From: Mobula birostris
Taxonomy: Eukaryota
Direction of reading: 5' to 3'
NCBI RefSeq assembly: GCF_030028105.1
Contig: NC_092372.1
Span: 69,878,034-69,942,033 of the forward strand
Length of the DNA stretch: 64,000 nucleotides
The notes beneath the pieces are model-generated. The model was not told the DNA's origin. It saw only the letters and a list, made by a program, of their open reading frames with translations, and made no database searches. Of the stretch, positions 48,885 to 63,149 are shown one piece after another. The translations under genes and the position numbers were made by a program. How positions within the stretch are numbered: the first letter of the stretch is position 1; each line of letters starts with the position of its first letter.

Positions 48885-51200
48885 AGACCATATGACATAG
48901 GAGCAGAATTAGGCCACTGGATCCATCAAGTCTACCCTGCAATTCCATCATGGCCGATTTATTATCCTATCAACCCCTTTCTCCTGCCATCCTGCTGTAA
49001 CCTTTGACTAACAAAGAACCTATCAATTTCTGCACATCTTTTCTTAGATGAAGGGCCCCAAACTGCTCACAATACTCCAAGTACATTCTGACCAATGCCT
49101 TATAAAGCTTCAGCATCACGTACTTGTTTTTATATTCTAGTCCTCTCGAAATGAATGCTAACATTGCAATTACCTTTCCTACCACCGACTCAACCTGCAA
49201 GTTAACCTTTAGGGAATCATGCACAAGGTCCCTTTTGCATCTCTAGTTTTGAACTTTCTCCCTTTTTAGAAAATAGTCTACACTTTTATTTCTTTTACTA
49301 AAGTGCAGGACTGTACACTTCCCTACACTGTATTCCATCTGCCATTTCTTTGCTCCTTCTCCCAATCTGTCCAAGTCCTTCTGCAAACTCCCTGCTTTCT
49401 CAACACTACCTGCCCCTCCACCTATCTTTGTATCATCCTCAAATTTGGCCACTAAGCCATCGGTTCTGTCATTCAAATCTTTGATATATGACATGAAAAG
49501 AATGCCACTCGTGACTGGCAGCCAACAAGAATAAGCCCCCTTTATTCTGAGTCTTTGCCTCCTGCCAATCAGCCAAACTTCTATCCATGCTAGTATCTTT
49601 CCTGTAATACTATGGGCTCTTATCTTGATTAGCAGCCTCAAATGCAGAACCTTGTCAAAGGCCTTCTGAAAATCCAAGTAAACAACAGCCACTGACTCTC
49701 CTTTCTCTATCCTGCCTGTTAATTCCTCAAAGAATTCCAAAACTTTTGTCTGGTACTGTAAGACTTCCCCTCAAGGAAGCTATGCTGACTTTGGTCTACT
49801 TTATCACGCACCTCCAAGTATCCCAAAATGTCATCCTTAATAATGGATTCCAACATCTTCCCAACTACTGCACTCAGGCTAATTGGCCTATAATGTCCTT
49901 TCTTCTGCCACCATCACATCTGAAAGAGTGGAGTGACATTTGCAATTTTCCAGTTCCCCGGAACCATTCCAGAATCTAGTGATCCTTGAAAGATCATTAC
50001 TAATGCCTCATCATCTCTTCAGCTACCTCTTTTAGAACCCTGTCGACTCATATACCAACTTCCCCATTCTCAGCCTTTCATTCTGGTTCCTATCCCTCTG
50101 CCAAATCAGTTTTAAACCCTCCCCAACAGGTCTTGCAAACCTGCCTGCAAGGATAATGGTCCTCCTCAGGGAACCTGTCCTTTTTGTACAGGTCATACTT
50201 TCCCCAGAAGAGATCCCAATGATCCAGAAGTCTGAAGCCCTGGCCCTGGTACCACTTCTCAGCCAATCATCTGTACCTTCATTCTATTCCTGCCCTGGCT
50301 AGCACATAGGACTAGGACTAATCCAAAGATTACTAGCTTAGACGTCACCTTCTTCAACATTTTTCCTAACTCCCTGTACTCACTGCACAGGACCTCTTCC
50401 TACTTCCTACCTATGTGCCAGTGTGCATCATGACTTCTGGCTGCTCATGGTCCCTCTTGAGAATCTTCTGCAGCTGTTATGAATCCTAGCACCTGGGAGG
50501 TAACACACCATCCTGGCTTCCCTTTTACAGCCACAGAATCTCCTGTCTGTCTTCCTAACTATCACTACCTCCCTGCCTGATTTTACCCTTCCCTGCTGAG
50601 CCTCAGAGCCAGTGGTCTCGCTGCTGCTCCTGTGCCCTGATAGGGCATCACTCCCAGCAGTATCCAAAGGGGTAGATGTGTTGCTGAGGGGAATGGTCAG
50701 AAGGGAACCCTGCACTGACTGTGTACTCCTCCTACTTCCCCTGGTGGTCACCCATCTGTCTGAAGCCTCACTTTGGACGTGAACACCTCAGTAAAAGGCT
50801 CATCTCTGAAGTTTTCACCCTTTTGGATGATCCTGAGTGCGTCCATCTCCAGCTTCAGTTCCTTGACCTTGTCAGTCAGCAGCTGAAGTTGGGTACACCT
50901 CCTGCAGATGTAGTCATCTGGCAGATCATTAGTTACCCTGAGATCCCACATCTCACAGGTGGAATATTCCACTGCCTGAACCACCATCCTGCCCACACTT
51001 GTTATGCCTCTAACTTCACAAAGTTAAGTTCCCCCCTGTATTTGTTGAGGCAAAGCCCGACCACTCACACAGAGTCCACTCCAACAATGGCTGCTCCAAT
51101 CAAACCCCACTTTTTATTGGCACTTGCTAATTAACCCTAGTTACTATTAACGCAAACAATCTCCCGCTCCACAGACAAGTCCCGAGAGGCCCTGCTCACT
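48885..51200 (-). mobile_element. Internally deleted CR1 LINE (ORF1 zinc finger/esterase remnants plus RT and 3' end)
   Basis: DDYICRRCTQLQLLTDKVKEL, RRFCGCKREARMVCYLPGA, VYLDFQKAFDKV, LYKALVRMYLEYC. Confidence 0.8.
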
Positions 51201-52531
51201 TTTTAAAACTCACATGTAATGTCCACAAGGAAACCTACAAGGATAGTAGGTAAAGCAAGAATCAGTATTCAGAGAAAAAAGTATTCACAGTTCAACTTGC
51301 ACAATATTTTAAGACCATCGAAACAATTATTGGGTGTGTAATATTCACATCCCATATCCCTTCATGTCTACCTCGTTTTAATAACAATATATTCTGGCAC
51401 TTCTCTACCATACCACCCATTCAAATTCTCCAACTATCTTGTCTTCCTTAAAGAAGATAGATGGGTAAATATTCGTTCAAAACCACATCTGTGTCCTCTG
51501 GCTCCATGTAAGATTTCTATGTTGATTCTTAATGCACCCTTCACTTTCTTTTGTTATTATTTTGCATTTATTATAATTATAAAATGCTCCTAGATTATTT
51601 ATTACTCTTTGCTTACCCTTCTAATTTGACTTTTTAAGTATCCCCTATAGCTTCTCTACTCCTAAAGTTTTCAAATCTCTATACCTGCCATATGTTTCCC
51701 TCATCAATCTCCAATATCTCTTAACATCTAGGGTTACTTGAACCTGCACACCACATTTTTGCCATTGTGATCACTAGGCTCTTATTATTTCACTTCTGAA
51801 CGACTCTTACTGGTCTGATGAGACCTGCCTGCGAGTGTCTGCTCCCAGTATACTTTTGCCATGTGCCGTTTGTTAATATTGAAACCAGCCTTCCCTCAAT
51901 TCAGAACCTTCGTTTCCAGATCATCCTTCTCCCTTTCTATAACTACCATAAAATCTACAGAGTTATGGCCACAATCTCCAAAATGCTCTCATTGGCATAT
52001 CTCCACTTGCCTTAAGATTAGGACCAGTACTTTCTCTTCTCTGATTGGACTATTTACACTCTGTTCTGGAGGCACTTTAAAAAATCCACCCCTTCTATGT
52101 CTTTCACAGGATAATAGTCTTCAACCACTGTGACCTAACTAGTCTTGCGTTCATGATGAGCCTTAAGGTGAAAAATATCTATGTATTCTTCACAAAATGG
52201 AAAAGCAGCTAAAGCGATTATAGAGATGATGGGATTGTGGACAAGAAAGCCACAGGCCAATGTACGGTCAAAAAGCGACAGGAGAACGAATGTAATCTCA
52301 TCGTAAGGGCAAAATAATCTTTCATTATAAAGTGGAAGAATGCCTGTTATTTTGCATAATTAGTAATGCATTCTCATTCCTAAAGATCATACTTCAGATG
52401 GGATGTTCTTCTGTTTTCAGAGCAGGCTGTTTATCTTGAAGAAGAAAATACCCACTCGCTATAACAGATAATTATGTCTGCATTGCTGATTTTTGAATGG
52501 AAAAATAACGCAGGTTGAGTTTAGATTTTAC

Positions 52532-53281
52532 CTTAATCATGTTGTGACCCACAGTATACATAGCTGCAAGATTGTCTTTCTCTCCTGGGGGATAGTTTCC
52601 AGTTCTGTATCCATGCCAGGCAATCAGGAAAGGATTGTGGATTGTGATCCAATATTTAACGCGATTCCCAAATGTCTGAAAGCAGAATTTCGCGTATTCG
52701 TTAAAGATGCCAATCATAGCCTCGTTCGTCCAGCCTCCGTATTGTTCCTGCAGTGCGAAAGGCAGGTCCCAGTGGTAGAGGGTGACGATGGGTATAATTT
52801 TTCTCTCTATCAGGGAGTCGATGAGTGTATTGTAGTACTGAAAACCTTTGCTGTTGACTGATTCCACCTTTCCGTTTGGAAATAACCGGGGCCATGAGAT
52901 GGAGAAGAGGTAATAAGAAACACCCAGAAATTCTAGAGCCGCCAAGTCCTTGTCAAAGAAGATATAGCTGTTACTGGAGATGTCCGCAGTGGTGTTGGAG
53001 AATCTGGAGAATTCCCTGTGGGTGAAGCGATCCCAGATCGAAGGCCCTTTCCCATCCTTTTTCCAAGCTCCTTCAATCTGAAACGCGGAGCTCCCCACGC
53101 CCCACATGAAGTCTTTCGGAAAGGTGTCCGAGAGAAAACGTTTGCTGTTCTTTATATAATCGTGGCTCCATTTTTCCCAGACAACTTTTCCTGCCCCAGC
53201 TTCGCCGCGAACAGTTGTGCTTCTTCCAATGTCAAGCAAGAGGAGCGTTATAAAAAATCGCCTTAATCCGCATTTATCCAT
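52532..53281 (-). CDS. KLB: Beta-Klotho exon 1 (signal peptide plus KL1 N-terminal half)
   Basis: [16 protein letters not shown]..., [35 protein letters not shown] (acid/base Glu replaced by Asn, a Klotho hallmark); donor AAG|gtaaaa; 750 bp. The five exons sum to 3024 nt in frame; position beside RPL9-LIAS supports KLB rather than KL. Confidence 0.93.
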
Positions 53282-54902
53282 CGTGCATGCTTAAGACCCC
53301 CCCCCAAGTCAAACGGAGTCAGTTCATTATTGCAAAAATATTAACAAACGCGGCAGAAGCCTGTTGCCAACTATGAGCGAAGCACTAGTTTAACTTCGTG
53401 GTTATATCTGATCTCTGTCAATGATTAGCTTCGCCTGGACTTCTAGCATGAGCCGTCTAATGATCGTTGCTGAGGCAGCGCACCGGGTAAATCCGCGGCA
53501 CAATTCCTCAATTGCGAGGTGTTCAATATTACTGGAAAATGACAGTGTAAGCCACTAATGATGAATTATTATCCACTTATTTAGCTATTTACCTATCTCT
53601 CAGTATAACTGTATGCCCTTGTAGGATTGATTGGAGTGTTCTACAATGGAACACATTGTACATTATCCGTGAACCCCTCTCCCCTATACACGAAATAATG
53701 ATGCGATTTTGTTTTGTCCAAATTATTTCAGATCGCTCCCCCACACCTTTCTATGAATATTTCTTCATAATACTTTGGTGTATTTTAGGATTTGTTTTTC
53801 TCTCTTCCATAAAACCTTCAGGCTCCGAAAACGAAATGAAACCACGATTACCTCTGCCCTTATCCTTTCGCAATAACCTTGTTCATTTCAGCGGGGGAAG
53901 GGGCGCGGGGGATCCCGTGCCGTGCCGTGCCGTGCAGGCATTCTTAGCTGATTGGAGTTTCTATCTTGAACTAGAAAGAACTTCAAAATATCATATATAT
54001 TTGTTAACAGCTACAAATAAAATGCATTCTAATTGCCGATGTCAATACACAAATGAATGGAAGGAAGAAACGGGAAAAACAAAAGAATAAGAGTCAAAGA
54101 ATGGAAAAGCCGTTGATTTGAAACTTTAAGATGCTCTTGTCTCTCCCCGGATGCTGCACGTGTAGCCCAGAAATTCTAAATTTATGTTTTTTAAAATTAT
54201 TTTGGAAAGCAAGATGGTTTCCTGGCCTCGGCCACATCATTGTGTATTTCAGAAGTTGTATTTTCCATATTTCTGAGGGAAGTGAAAGGGACTGAAAACA
54301 AATTGAGAGGCACCGCCTGTTCAAAGGTTTGAGGGAGAAGCTAGTGGTGAGTCAGAGCAACACAAGAACGGAGAAACAAGGGGTAACGGGAAGGAGTGGT
54401 AATGGGAGTGATGTAGTGGGTGGAGGGGCAAAGGTTTTGACAACTTGAAAAACTAATGAACAGAGGTGGAGAAAAGAGTACAAGTAAGCAGAAGTTATTC
54501 TGAAGGAGACAAGAGGAAAATAATTGGTTACAAGATTTCCTTCCTGCACTAGGAGCTGACTGATACTGATGGCTACCACGCTGGCGCAGACTACTAAAAC
54601 ACCAAATATTCAAAAGAAAAATACAGGCAGAGAAGCGATTCAGACGAGTAAAAAGTTGTCTGAGGAGGTAAATTGATAAATGAAGACATAAAAACAAAAG
54701 ATTCTACAGATGCTGGAAATCCAGAGCAACACACAAAATGGTGGAGGAACCCCCACAGGTCAGGGAGGGGAGCAGCTATGGAGTTACCGCTTTGGGCTGA
54801 GACCTTTCATTCTACAGTCCTGAGTGTAATTATCCTTGACGTCAAGGCATTGAGTGTGATCAAGGTGTCCTGGTAAAATTGAAATTGATAGGTATTGAAG
54901 GG

Positions 54903-55490
54903 ACACATATAAAAGTTGCTGGCGAATGCAGCAGGCCAGGCAGCATCTCTAGGAAGAGGTGCAGTCGACGTTTCAGGCCGAGACCCTTTGTCAGGACTAA
55001 CTGAAGGAAGAGTGAGTAAGGGATTTGAAAGTTGGAGGGGGAGATCCAAAATGATAGGAGAAGACAGGAGGGGGAGGGATAGAGCCAAGAGCTGGACAGA
55101 TGATTGGCAAAAGGGGATATGAGAGGATCATGGGACAGGAGGTCCGGGAAGAAAGACAAGGGGGGGGGGACCCAGAGGATGGGCAAGGGGTATATTCAGA
55201 GGGACAGAGGGAGAAAAAGGAGAGTGAGAGAAAGAATGTGTATATAAATAAATAACAGATGGGGTACGAGGGGAAGGTAGGGCCTTAGCAGAAGTTAGAG
55301 AAGTCGATGTTCATGCCATCAGGTTGGAGGCTACCCAGACGGAATATAAGGTGTTCCTCCAACCTGAGTGTGGCTTCATCTTTACAGTAGAGGAAGCCGT
55401 GGATAGACATGTCAGAATGGGAATGGGATGTGGAATTAAAATGTGTGGCCACCGGGAGATCCTGCTTTCTCTGGCGGACAGAGCGTAGAT
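54903..55490 (-). mobile_element. Penelope-like element 3' fragment
   Basis: Near-identical to the reverse complement of 20690-21270. Confidence 0.85.
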
Positions 55491-57589
55491 GTATTGAAGG
55501 GAAAATGGTCCAATAGCTGCAGTCACACTGGTTGGAGGTCAGTCATCTCATCCCCAGAACACTACCACACAATGTTCTCAGGACCATGCCCTAAGTCCAA
55601 ACTCCTTCAGATGCTCCATCAATGGCTATCCTTCCATCTTGTGTTTGGACATTGGGATATTTGCTGAAGATTCCCAGTGTTCAATTACGATTATACTTAG
55701 CAAATGAAGCAAGACCTAAATAGTATACTGCAATGGTTAATAATGGCAAGTTGCACTCCTACTATAGAAATGCCAGGTACTCCATTACCAGTCCTTCAAT
55801 GACAGTGAGTCTAAATCTTTACATCAGCACTGTGGCAGTCCCTTCACCAGCTTCAGCAGTTTAAGCAGGCAGGTCACTAACACTTTGTCAAAGATATTTA
55901 GGAATGGCAATGAACGCCAGCCCTTCCACCAATACCAATTCCCAAAATGAATTTAGAAAATGTAAGGAAACAGACCATATTATTTCATGTGCAATAAACT
56001 GGGAGGGTCAGTTTCTGGGATCTGAAGAATAAAGAGATCTCTGACCATCAGCAAAATTATCCAAAATATAAACTGACTAGCAACCACACAATGCTATTGT
56101 CATTCTATTGTCTTTCAGAATGCATATCAGAATGAACAGTAACCAAACTATTTGAAAAGTGCTAATCATATCAGAATCATATCACTTTAACAAAGACAGC
56201 ACTTTAACTGGCCAGTATTACAACACAGCACTGCATATGCATTGAATGTTTATTAAAAAGGGAACCATTTGTGTCGAGAAGGCTTTGCTTTCTTCATCAC
56301 AGTGCTGATATTAATTCTGCCTAAGGCATAATGAACTGACATTCTGTTCACTAGTTGGCATCTCAGATTTATGTAGACCCATATTTGTAGTGTCTGTCAC
56401 ACAGTTCTGTAGCTGTAATCCTTCAATATCAACCACATCTGACACTGGATTGAAATCCTCATATGAATAGGATTCCCAACACAAGCTTAGTGAGAAATAT
56501 GCAAGTTATTAATTTTTACTGATTGTGCTTTATTGTGATTTAATCACTTTTAAATTTTAACTTTTTATGTTTTGTTATTTACAGCAACCTTATTTTTTTA
56601 ACATCTCTGAATAAGAACGATATTTAAAAAACAGCCAAAACCAGCCCAGTTTTGGCAGAATATGAATTTACGGCTATCAAAGATTTGAGGGAGAGTGAAC
56701 CATTGGTAAGCAGAGTTGACTTGTTAATTCAGCAAAAAGACTAAAGATTTACTGCCTTGTAATATGGTATTCAATCTAGTGCAAGGAAAGATAAGAGCTA
56801 ATACCAGCCTGCAGACACCTGTCCCTTTAACCACCTCTGAGTCTGCCTCCCCAGGCAATTTTTGCAAGAAGGCATTGAAAATTTGGCAAGCCCAAGCTCC
56901 CTCACATTTCACAGCTGTCTTTTCCTTTAGGGAAGACAGAGCAGCTGAGATGTGTTCGACTCTGGAGTTAGCTGGGCAGATGATGGAAGGTGCTTGAAAA
57001 TTGCAATCATGCTTCATCATGTAAAGTTGTGAATGCAGTAACTGTAGCATCCAGTGTTCTTGGAGCTGGTGGAGAACATTTGATACTGTATGTAGAGTCA
57101 ATTTTAACTCTACTGGCTTGACAAGAATGAGGGTCTCTTGGAATTAAAATCTCCTTCGTCTGTTATTGTTGTGTTGTCTTCTGCCTTTCCTTACCTGGTC
57201 TGCTACCTGTAAGGGAAGGACTACCTTCGAACAGGACACTCTCTCTACATGTGTGGAGGGGGATATTAATCAGCAACTAAACCTTCTAGGACTACCATAC
57301 ACAGGACTCTGAGGGAGAAGTGGAAGGCTGACGGGATAGATTTTAAGTACACTCCATGATAGTGATGTGTGCGGAAGTGGCTGGTAATATCAAATCAAAC
57401 CCAGTCCTCACACTGAGAGTGGTAGATCGGTTCCAAGAGTGGTCACTTGGCTGAGTATCAGAGCACCCTGGGATAATCTTGTCAAGAATTAAAGTCTACA
57501 GGAACAGAACAAAATGTTTGAATGAACTATTAACAGTTACATACTATTCAAACAATTTTGAAATTCAAATTTAAGAAGCAGTCTGGTAA

Positions 57590-58120
57590 TGCAATAAACC
57601 CAAGAGATTCTGTAGATGTTGAAAATCCAGAGTAATGCACACAAAATGCTGGAGAAACTCAGCAGATCAGGCAGCATCTATGGCATGAACATCGATTGCT
57701 CTAACTTCCAGTAATTACTTCCCCCTGGCCCTTCTCTCTTTTTCTTTCCCCTTTCTAGTTTCCTTCTTATCCCTTCTCTTCAGCTGCATATCACCTCCCT
57801 TTGCTGCCGCTTCACATTCCCTTTCTCCCATGGTCTGTGACCCTCTCCTGTTAGATTCCTTCTTCCACAGCCTTTTACCTTTTCCACCTGTCACCTCCCA
57901 AGCTTCTCAGTTCATCCGCCCCCCCCCCCACCCCTCACCTTCCCCCTCATCATCCGGCCTGCACCTTCCCCTACTTTTTCCTCCCCACAACCCACCCTAC
58001 CTTCTTATTCTGGCTTCTTTCCCCTTCCTTTCCAGTGCTGATGAAGGGATTTGGATTGAAATGCCAGCTCTTTATTCCTTTCCGTATATGTTGCCTGACA
58101 TACTGAGTTCTTCTAGCATT
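57590..58120. mobile_element. Old Penelope-like terminal fragments
   Basis: Degenerate 'ctgcagatgctggaaatc' and 'ctgatgaaggg' termini with a pyrimidine-rich body. Confidence 0.55.
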
Positions 58121-59942
58121 TTTTTATCTGATAATGTGAATGCAGCTTTTGACCACAATGTAGATATTTTAGTCCTCTGAAATTTAAATAAACTCTATTT
58201 GCAATGGGAGAAACTGTAATACATTTTGAATAATAATTTTGACAATCCCCATTTTCTATCTTAAATTATGATTATTTATGACGCAATAGGGAACGTTTTT
58301 CTCCTACATATTAAAAAACGCAAGTCTTGCAAAAGAGGCAAGGATGCTTCCCCTCTATGGAAAAAACCTGTACTTTGAGCTGAGTTGCAATCAATAACTA
58401 TTCTACAGGCACTAAAATGCTAAGGTCATTGCCCTTCTCAAGGCCGTCTTTCACTCAGGATAGGAGACATGTTTCTGTACCATTATCTAGAGTTCAAGGA
58501 TCATAAACAGTTTTGAAAGAGAAACCAAAATAAAGCTCTCAAGGCCAACTTGGTAAATAGTTCAGCTGCTCAGAATAAGGTCATAGGAACATTCCTAAAA
58601 CATGGGATCATCAAGATTTGGATTGTGAACCATAAGATGTAAGAGCAGAATTAGGCCATTCAGCCCATTGAATTGGTTCAATGGCTGATTTTTTTTTAAT
58701 CCCTCACAACCCCATATCGAATGTAATAGTTCATCAAGGAATGCGAAGGGAAAACCAAGAATGCTAAATCCACCTGGTCTTCATTTATTTCCATGAGTGG
58801 TCAGGTCATCTGGATGTCGATTAACTTCCATCAGGCTCCTTCTTAGAAACGGAGGTTGTTGCTTTACATTTTAGCATTTGGTCTTCATACTGTATATGCA
58901 GAGGAATAAGGGAACTAGCAAATAACAGGCCCCACGTAACCAACTGGACTGATTTAATTATGTTTGTTTGCAATCAATTGTCACATGGTTTCATCGCACT
59001 TGTTACTGTTTGCACAAAGCATTGACTTAAAGCTCTGTACTCAGCAAGCTCATAAATTCCATATTTTCTTGTTTTTTTAATATCAGAAGTGCTTTCATGT
59101 ATAATCTATACTCTGCACTTAGCTGAAAGAGAAAACATTCATTTAAAAGCAAATGTAAAGCCATTCTCTTGTAATTATGACAAAACTAAACACTGCAACC
59201 TGGTTTCCCAGCAACAACATTGCCTTAATTTCTAAATAAAGAGGTTAATAGCTGTTTCCTGGACGATGGAAAATATGCTCATTAGAAATCATACTTACTT
59301 TTTAAATGAAGAAATTGATTAATGCAAAACAGATTTCAGAGAGGCTTTTTGAGTCACTACCATAATAAAGGTACAAGTGATGCTGTTCCATTGCATTTAG
59401 CAGGGCATTCTCTTCCCTGCAGATTAACTCAAACTGTAAGGATTTGGGGCAGTACTGAGCACTAAAGTGGCCCCAGTGTGAGCCATTCTCTAACTGAGTA
59501 CTGCAGTACAAATGAGTAACTTGTGTAATACGGTATGCACTTATCCTTGGAGATGAATTTATCCCACCCACTGAGTGGAAACTGGATGTGTGGTCACTTC
59601 AACCTCCCCAGTTTCTTACCTAGGCAGAAGCAGCTGGAAGGTGACAGGTTTCACCTTTGACCTCTACATCTGATCAAGCAGCAAGGGGTCTTGTACAAAG
59701 CTGGCAGGACGCTAGAACATTATCAGGATCTACAGTAACTACAATGTATGGCTAGACGCAAGGACAGCAAATAGAAGTTGGTTTGTTCTTGTGACAAATC
59801 ACGATGTGACTGGATCAGGACTAAAGAACCCCAAGTAGGTTACATATATGAATAATGGTTTTATATTTTATTTCCTTAGTGATACAGTATGGCAACAGGC
59901 CCATCTGGGCCCATAAGCCTGTGCTGCCCAATTACACCCTTG

Positions 59943-60450
59943 CAGACATCCCACCCTTCAAAAACTCATTTCAGGGAGGTAGCACCATCAATTTGCAGGG
60001 GGTGGGATGTCTGTATTAGAGTAGCTCCTTAGCAGCTAGCCAGCTAGTTTAAATAACATTAGCTATGCTAATGAATGAATGACACCTGTTAAACTCACCC
60101 CAACATGTCTTTTACAGTCTTAACCCACTATGGGCAATAGAAAAGTCTCTGTTGCAAACAGTGCAGTGAGCAACACTGTCATTATTCTTGACCCCTATCA
60201 GGCAGGGGTACACTTTAGGGTAGTCTGGGGTGATGTACGTTTTATATTTTCTTTTTTTGGCACACTCTCCCATGCACTGTCTCTCACACTGTCTCTCTCT
60301 GTCTCTCGATCTCACTCTTCCTCTCACAAAAAAAAAAAAAAAAAAAAAAAAAATCGATTTCCGGGAAATTGTATATAATTTGCGGGCATCAGGGAACCAC
60401 TATCAATATGTGAGAGACTCCCAGAACCTCCAGGAGAGGTGGGATGTCTG
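59943..60450 (-). mobile_element. Non-autonomous hAT-like DNA element, copy 1 (inserted in a V-SINE)
   Basis: TIR cagacatcccacc / ggtgggatgtctg; 6-bp TSD cccttg; retains a BED-like finger remnant AHCTVCNRDFSIAHSG. Confidence 0.8.
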
Positions 60451-61398
60451 CCCTTGTGACCAATTACCCTGCTAACCAGTGTGCCTTTGCAAGGTGGGAC
60501 ATAACTGAAACACCCAAAGAAAACCCACACAGTCACAGGGAGGATATACAAACTCTGTACGGACAGCGGCAGGAGTTGAACCCAGGTTGCTGGAACTGTA
60601 GAGAGCTGTGCTTACCACTGTGCTATGCCACCGTATTGCCTGTGGAGTAGGAGGAGCAGGAAATTTTCCCCAGCCCTCACGTGGGTCAGAGGCCTCATTT
60701 GCTGTCTTCTGGCCCCTGTCCTGGCTGCCACTGCAGCAGTATCTCCTGCAGACAGGCTGCTGCTTCACCAGCCTACAGGCCCCGCAACTCGATGAACAGC
60801 TTTGCTCTTGATTGACGAGTCTGCAGTGTTGGTACTCAAATGAAAGCCTAAGGTTAGAATAGCAAAGGTCTCCTCTCCTGAAGGGAACTTCTGAATTAAA
60901 AATCAAAACCTACCCACAAAAAAATCATTCCTGATAAAAACAAATTATTTTCTTGCTGCATTAATTTGACAGTGATAATTTCAGCTACAGCATAACTCAG
61001 CCTCATTTAATCATCTGTTTAGTTCTAGGGCTGGTTCACTTTAGCAACAACCGCACCTTGCAATCTGATTAGTTGATATCCACATAAGGCTACATTGATC
61101 AATAACAACGTAGGTATGAATTGGAGGACAAATTGCTGACGTATCACAAGTCAAGGCCAGGGTCCTCAAACAGGGCAAGGCAACGATACTTAAAAGTATC
61201 TGGCCTTGTTATATCTAAATTTTATAGCTGGATCTGGTTAATCAGTACGTACATGTACCAATCAATGTAGATCAGATTTCTGAACGATCCATGAACACCT
61301 CATTATTTGTCATTTGCACTTTATATTTTGTAACTTAGTTATTTTTTTAATATGAGTGGCACTGTACTGCAGCCACAAAACAACAAATTTCACAACAT

Positions 61399-63145
61399 AA
61401 AGTGCCTTGAAAAAGTATTCAGCCCCCAACCCTTTGTTTACATAAATGAATATTACAACCAGAGGTTTGATCAATTCAACTGAGAACTATTATTTGTGAA
61501 TCACATGCTCTTATTTTTTCATGGTAGAGCCCCCCAAAAAACAGGAAAATTTGTAAAGCAAGAAAAACTAAAAATCAAAACCTGAAATGTCAGCGCTTCA
61601 AAAGTATTCTTCCCCCTTCGCTCAGTACTTAATTGAACCACCTCTCTCAGCTATTACAACCAGTACTATAGTCTTTTTAGGTGAGTCTCTATTAACTTTG
61701 CACAAAGTAATGGAACAAGATTTGCCCATTCCTACTTGCAAAATTGCTCAGGCTGTGCCAGGTTAGTTGGACAGCAACCCAGAGGTCTTGGCAGAGATGT
61801 TTGATTGGGTTAGGGTCAGGACACTGACTGGGCCACTCAAGGACATCAATTTTCTTTATTTGAAGCCAATCCATGGTTGCTCTGGCAGTGTGCTTTGGGA
61901 GATTGTCCTGCTGAAATACAAACTTCCTCCCCAGTTTAAGCTTTCTGGCAGAGGCCATCAGACATCCCACCCTGCAAAAATTCATTTCAGGGAGGTAGCA
62001 CCATCAATTTGCAGGAGACTCCCAGAACTTCCAGGAGAGGAGGGATGTTTGCAATAGAGTAGCTCCTTAGCAGCTAGCCAGCTAGTTTAAATAACGCTAG
62101 CTATGCTAATGAATGAATGACACCTGTTAAACTCACTGCAACGCACCTTTTACAGTCTTAACCCACCATGGGCAATAGAAAAGTCACTGTTGCAAACAGT
62201 GCAGCGAGCAGCACTGTCATTATTTTGACCCCTATTAGGCAGGGGTACACTTTAGTGTAGTCTGGGGTGACATACGTTTTATATATTTTTTTGGAACACT
62301 CTGCCACTCTGACTTTTTTTTGGAACTCTCTCGCTCTTGCTCTCTCTTGCACGTGGTCGCTCTCTCTCCCGATCGCTCTCTCGCGCTTGCTTTCTTGCTC
62401 TTGCGCTCACTCTCTCGCGCACACTCTCAAAATAAAAAAAAACAATTTCCGGAATATTGTATACAATTTGTAGCCATCAGGGAGCCACTATTAATATGCA
62501 GGAGACTCCTGGAACTTCCGGGAGAGGTGGGATGTCTGGGCTATCAGGTTTTTATCCAGGATCTATCAGTATTTAGCAGCATTCATCTTTCTGTCAATCC
62601 TGACCAGGTTTCCAATCCCTCCTGCTGAAAAGCATCCCTACAGCATGATACTGCCTCCACCATACTTCATTGGGATGGTGGTACCTGGTAGATGCATGGT
62701 ATTAGATTTACACATTACATACCGCTTAGTGTCGAGGCCAAGAAGTTCCACTTTAGTTTTATCTGACCACAAGACTTCATTCCTTATCTTTATAGTATCG
62801 TCTATGTGACACTTTGCAAAGTCTTTATGGGAAAAGATATGTTTTTCCCTTACCAGTCTTCCATAAATACCCTTTTTGTTCAAGGCCTTAGAGATTGTGG
62901 AGCCATGAACTTCATCTCCAGTTGCAGCCACTGACTTCTGCAGTTCACTCAGAGTGACTGTTGGCGTCACAGTAGCCTCTCTTACAAATGCCATTCTTCT
63001 CCGGCGACTAAGTTTAGAGGGCAGACTGACCCAGGCAGTGTGGCTGTGGTTTCATAGTTTTTCCACTTTTTCATGATGGACTGCACTGAGCTCTGAGGTA
63101 TGTTCAATGCCTTTGAGATGGTCGTGTACCCTTCCAGATTTGTGC
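61399..63145 (-). mobile_element. Tc1 (IR/DR-type) transposon, degenerate
   Basis: [54 protein letters not shown]; direct repeats aaaagtattc..ccccc at about 61412 and 61600. Confidence 0.88.
61959..62538 (-). mobile_element. Non-autonomous hAT-like DNA element, copy 2 (inserted in Tc1)
   Basis: Same TIRs and body as 59943-60450; 6-bp TSD ggccat/ggctat. Confidence 0.8.
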
Positions 63146-63149
63146 TTAT

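Noticed and set aside
44345-53266. Plus-strand ORFs overlapping KLB exons (e.g. 44345, 45141, 47926, 52493)
   Set aside because: Shadow ORFs of coding exons with no independent gene signals.
53290-53400. Longer KLB N-terminal extension like the mammalian one
   Set aside because: Only faint resemblance (FCNNELT), and stops interrupt the upstream frames.
55500-59880. Exons of a further gene upstream of KLB
   Set aside because: No recognisable protein motifs or consistent splice-bounded ORFs; may hold enhancers, but that cannot be supported from sequence alone.
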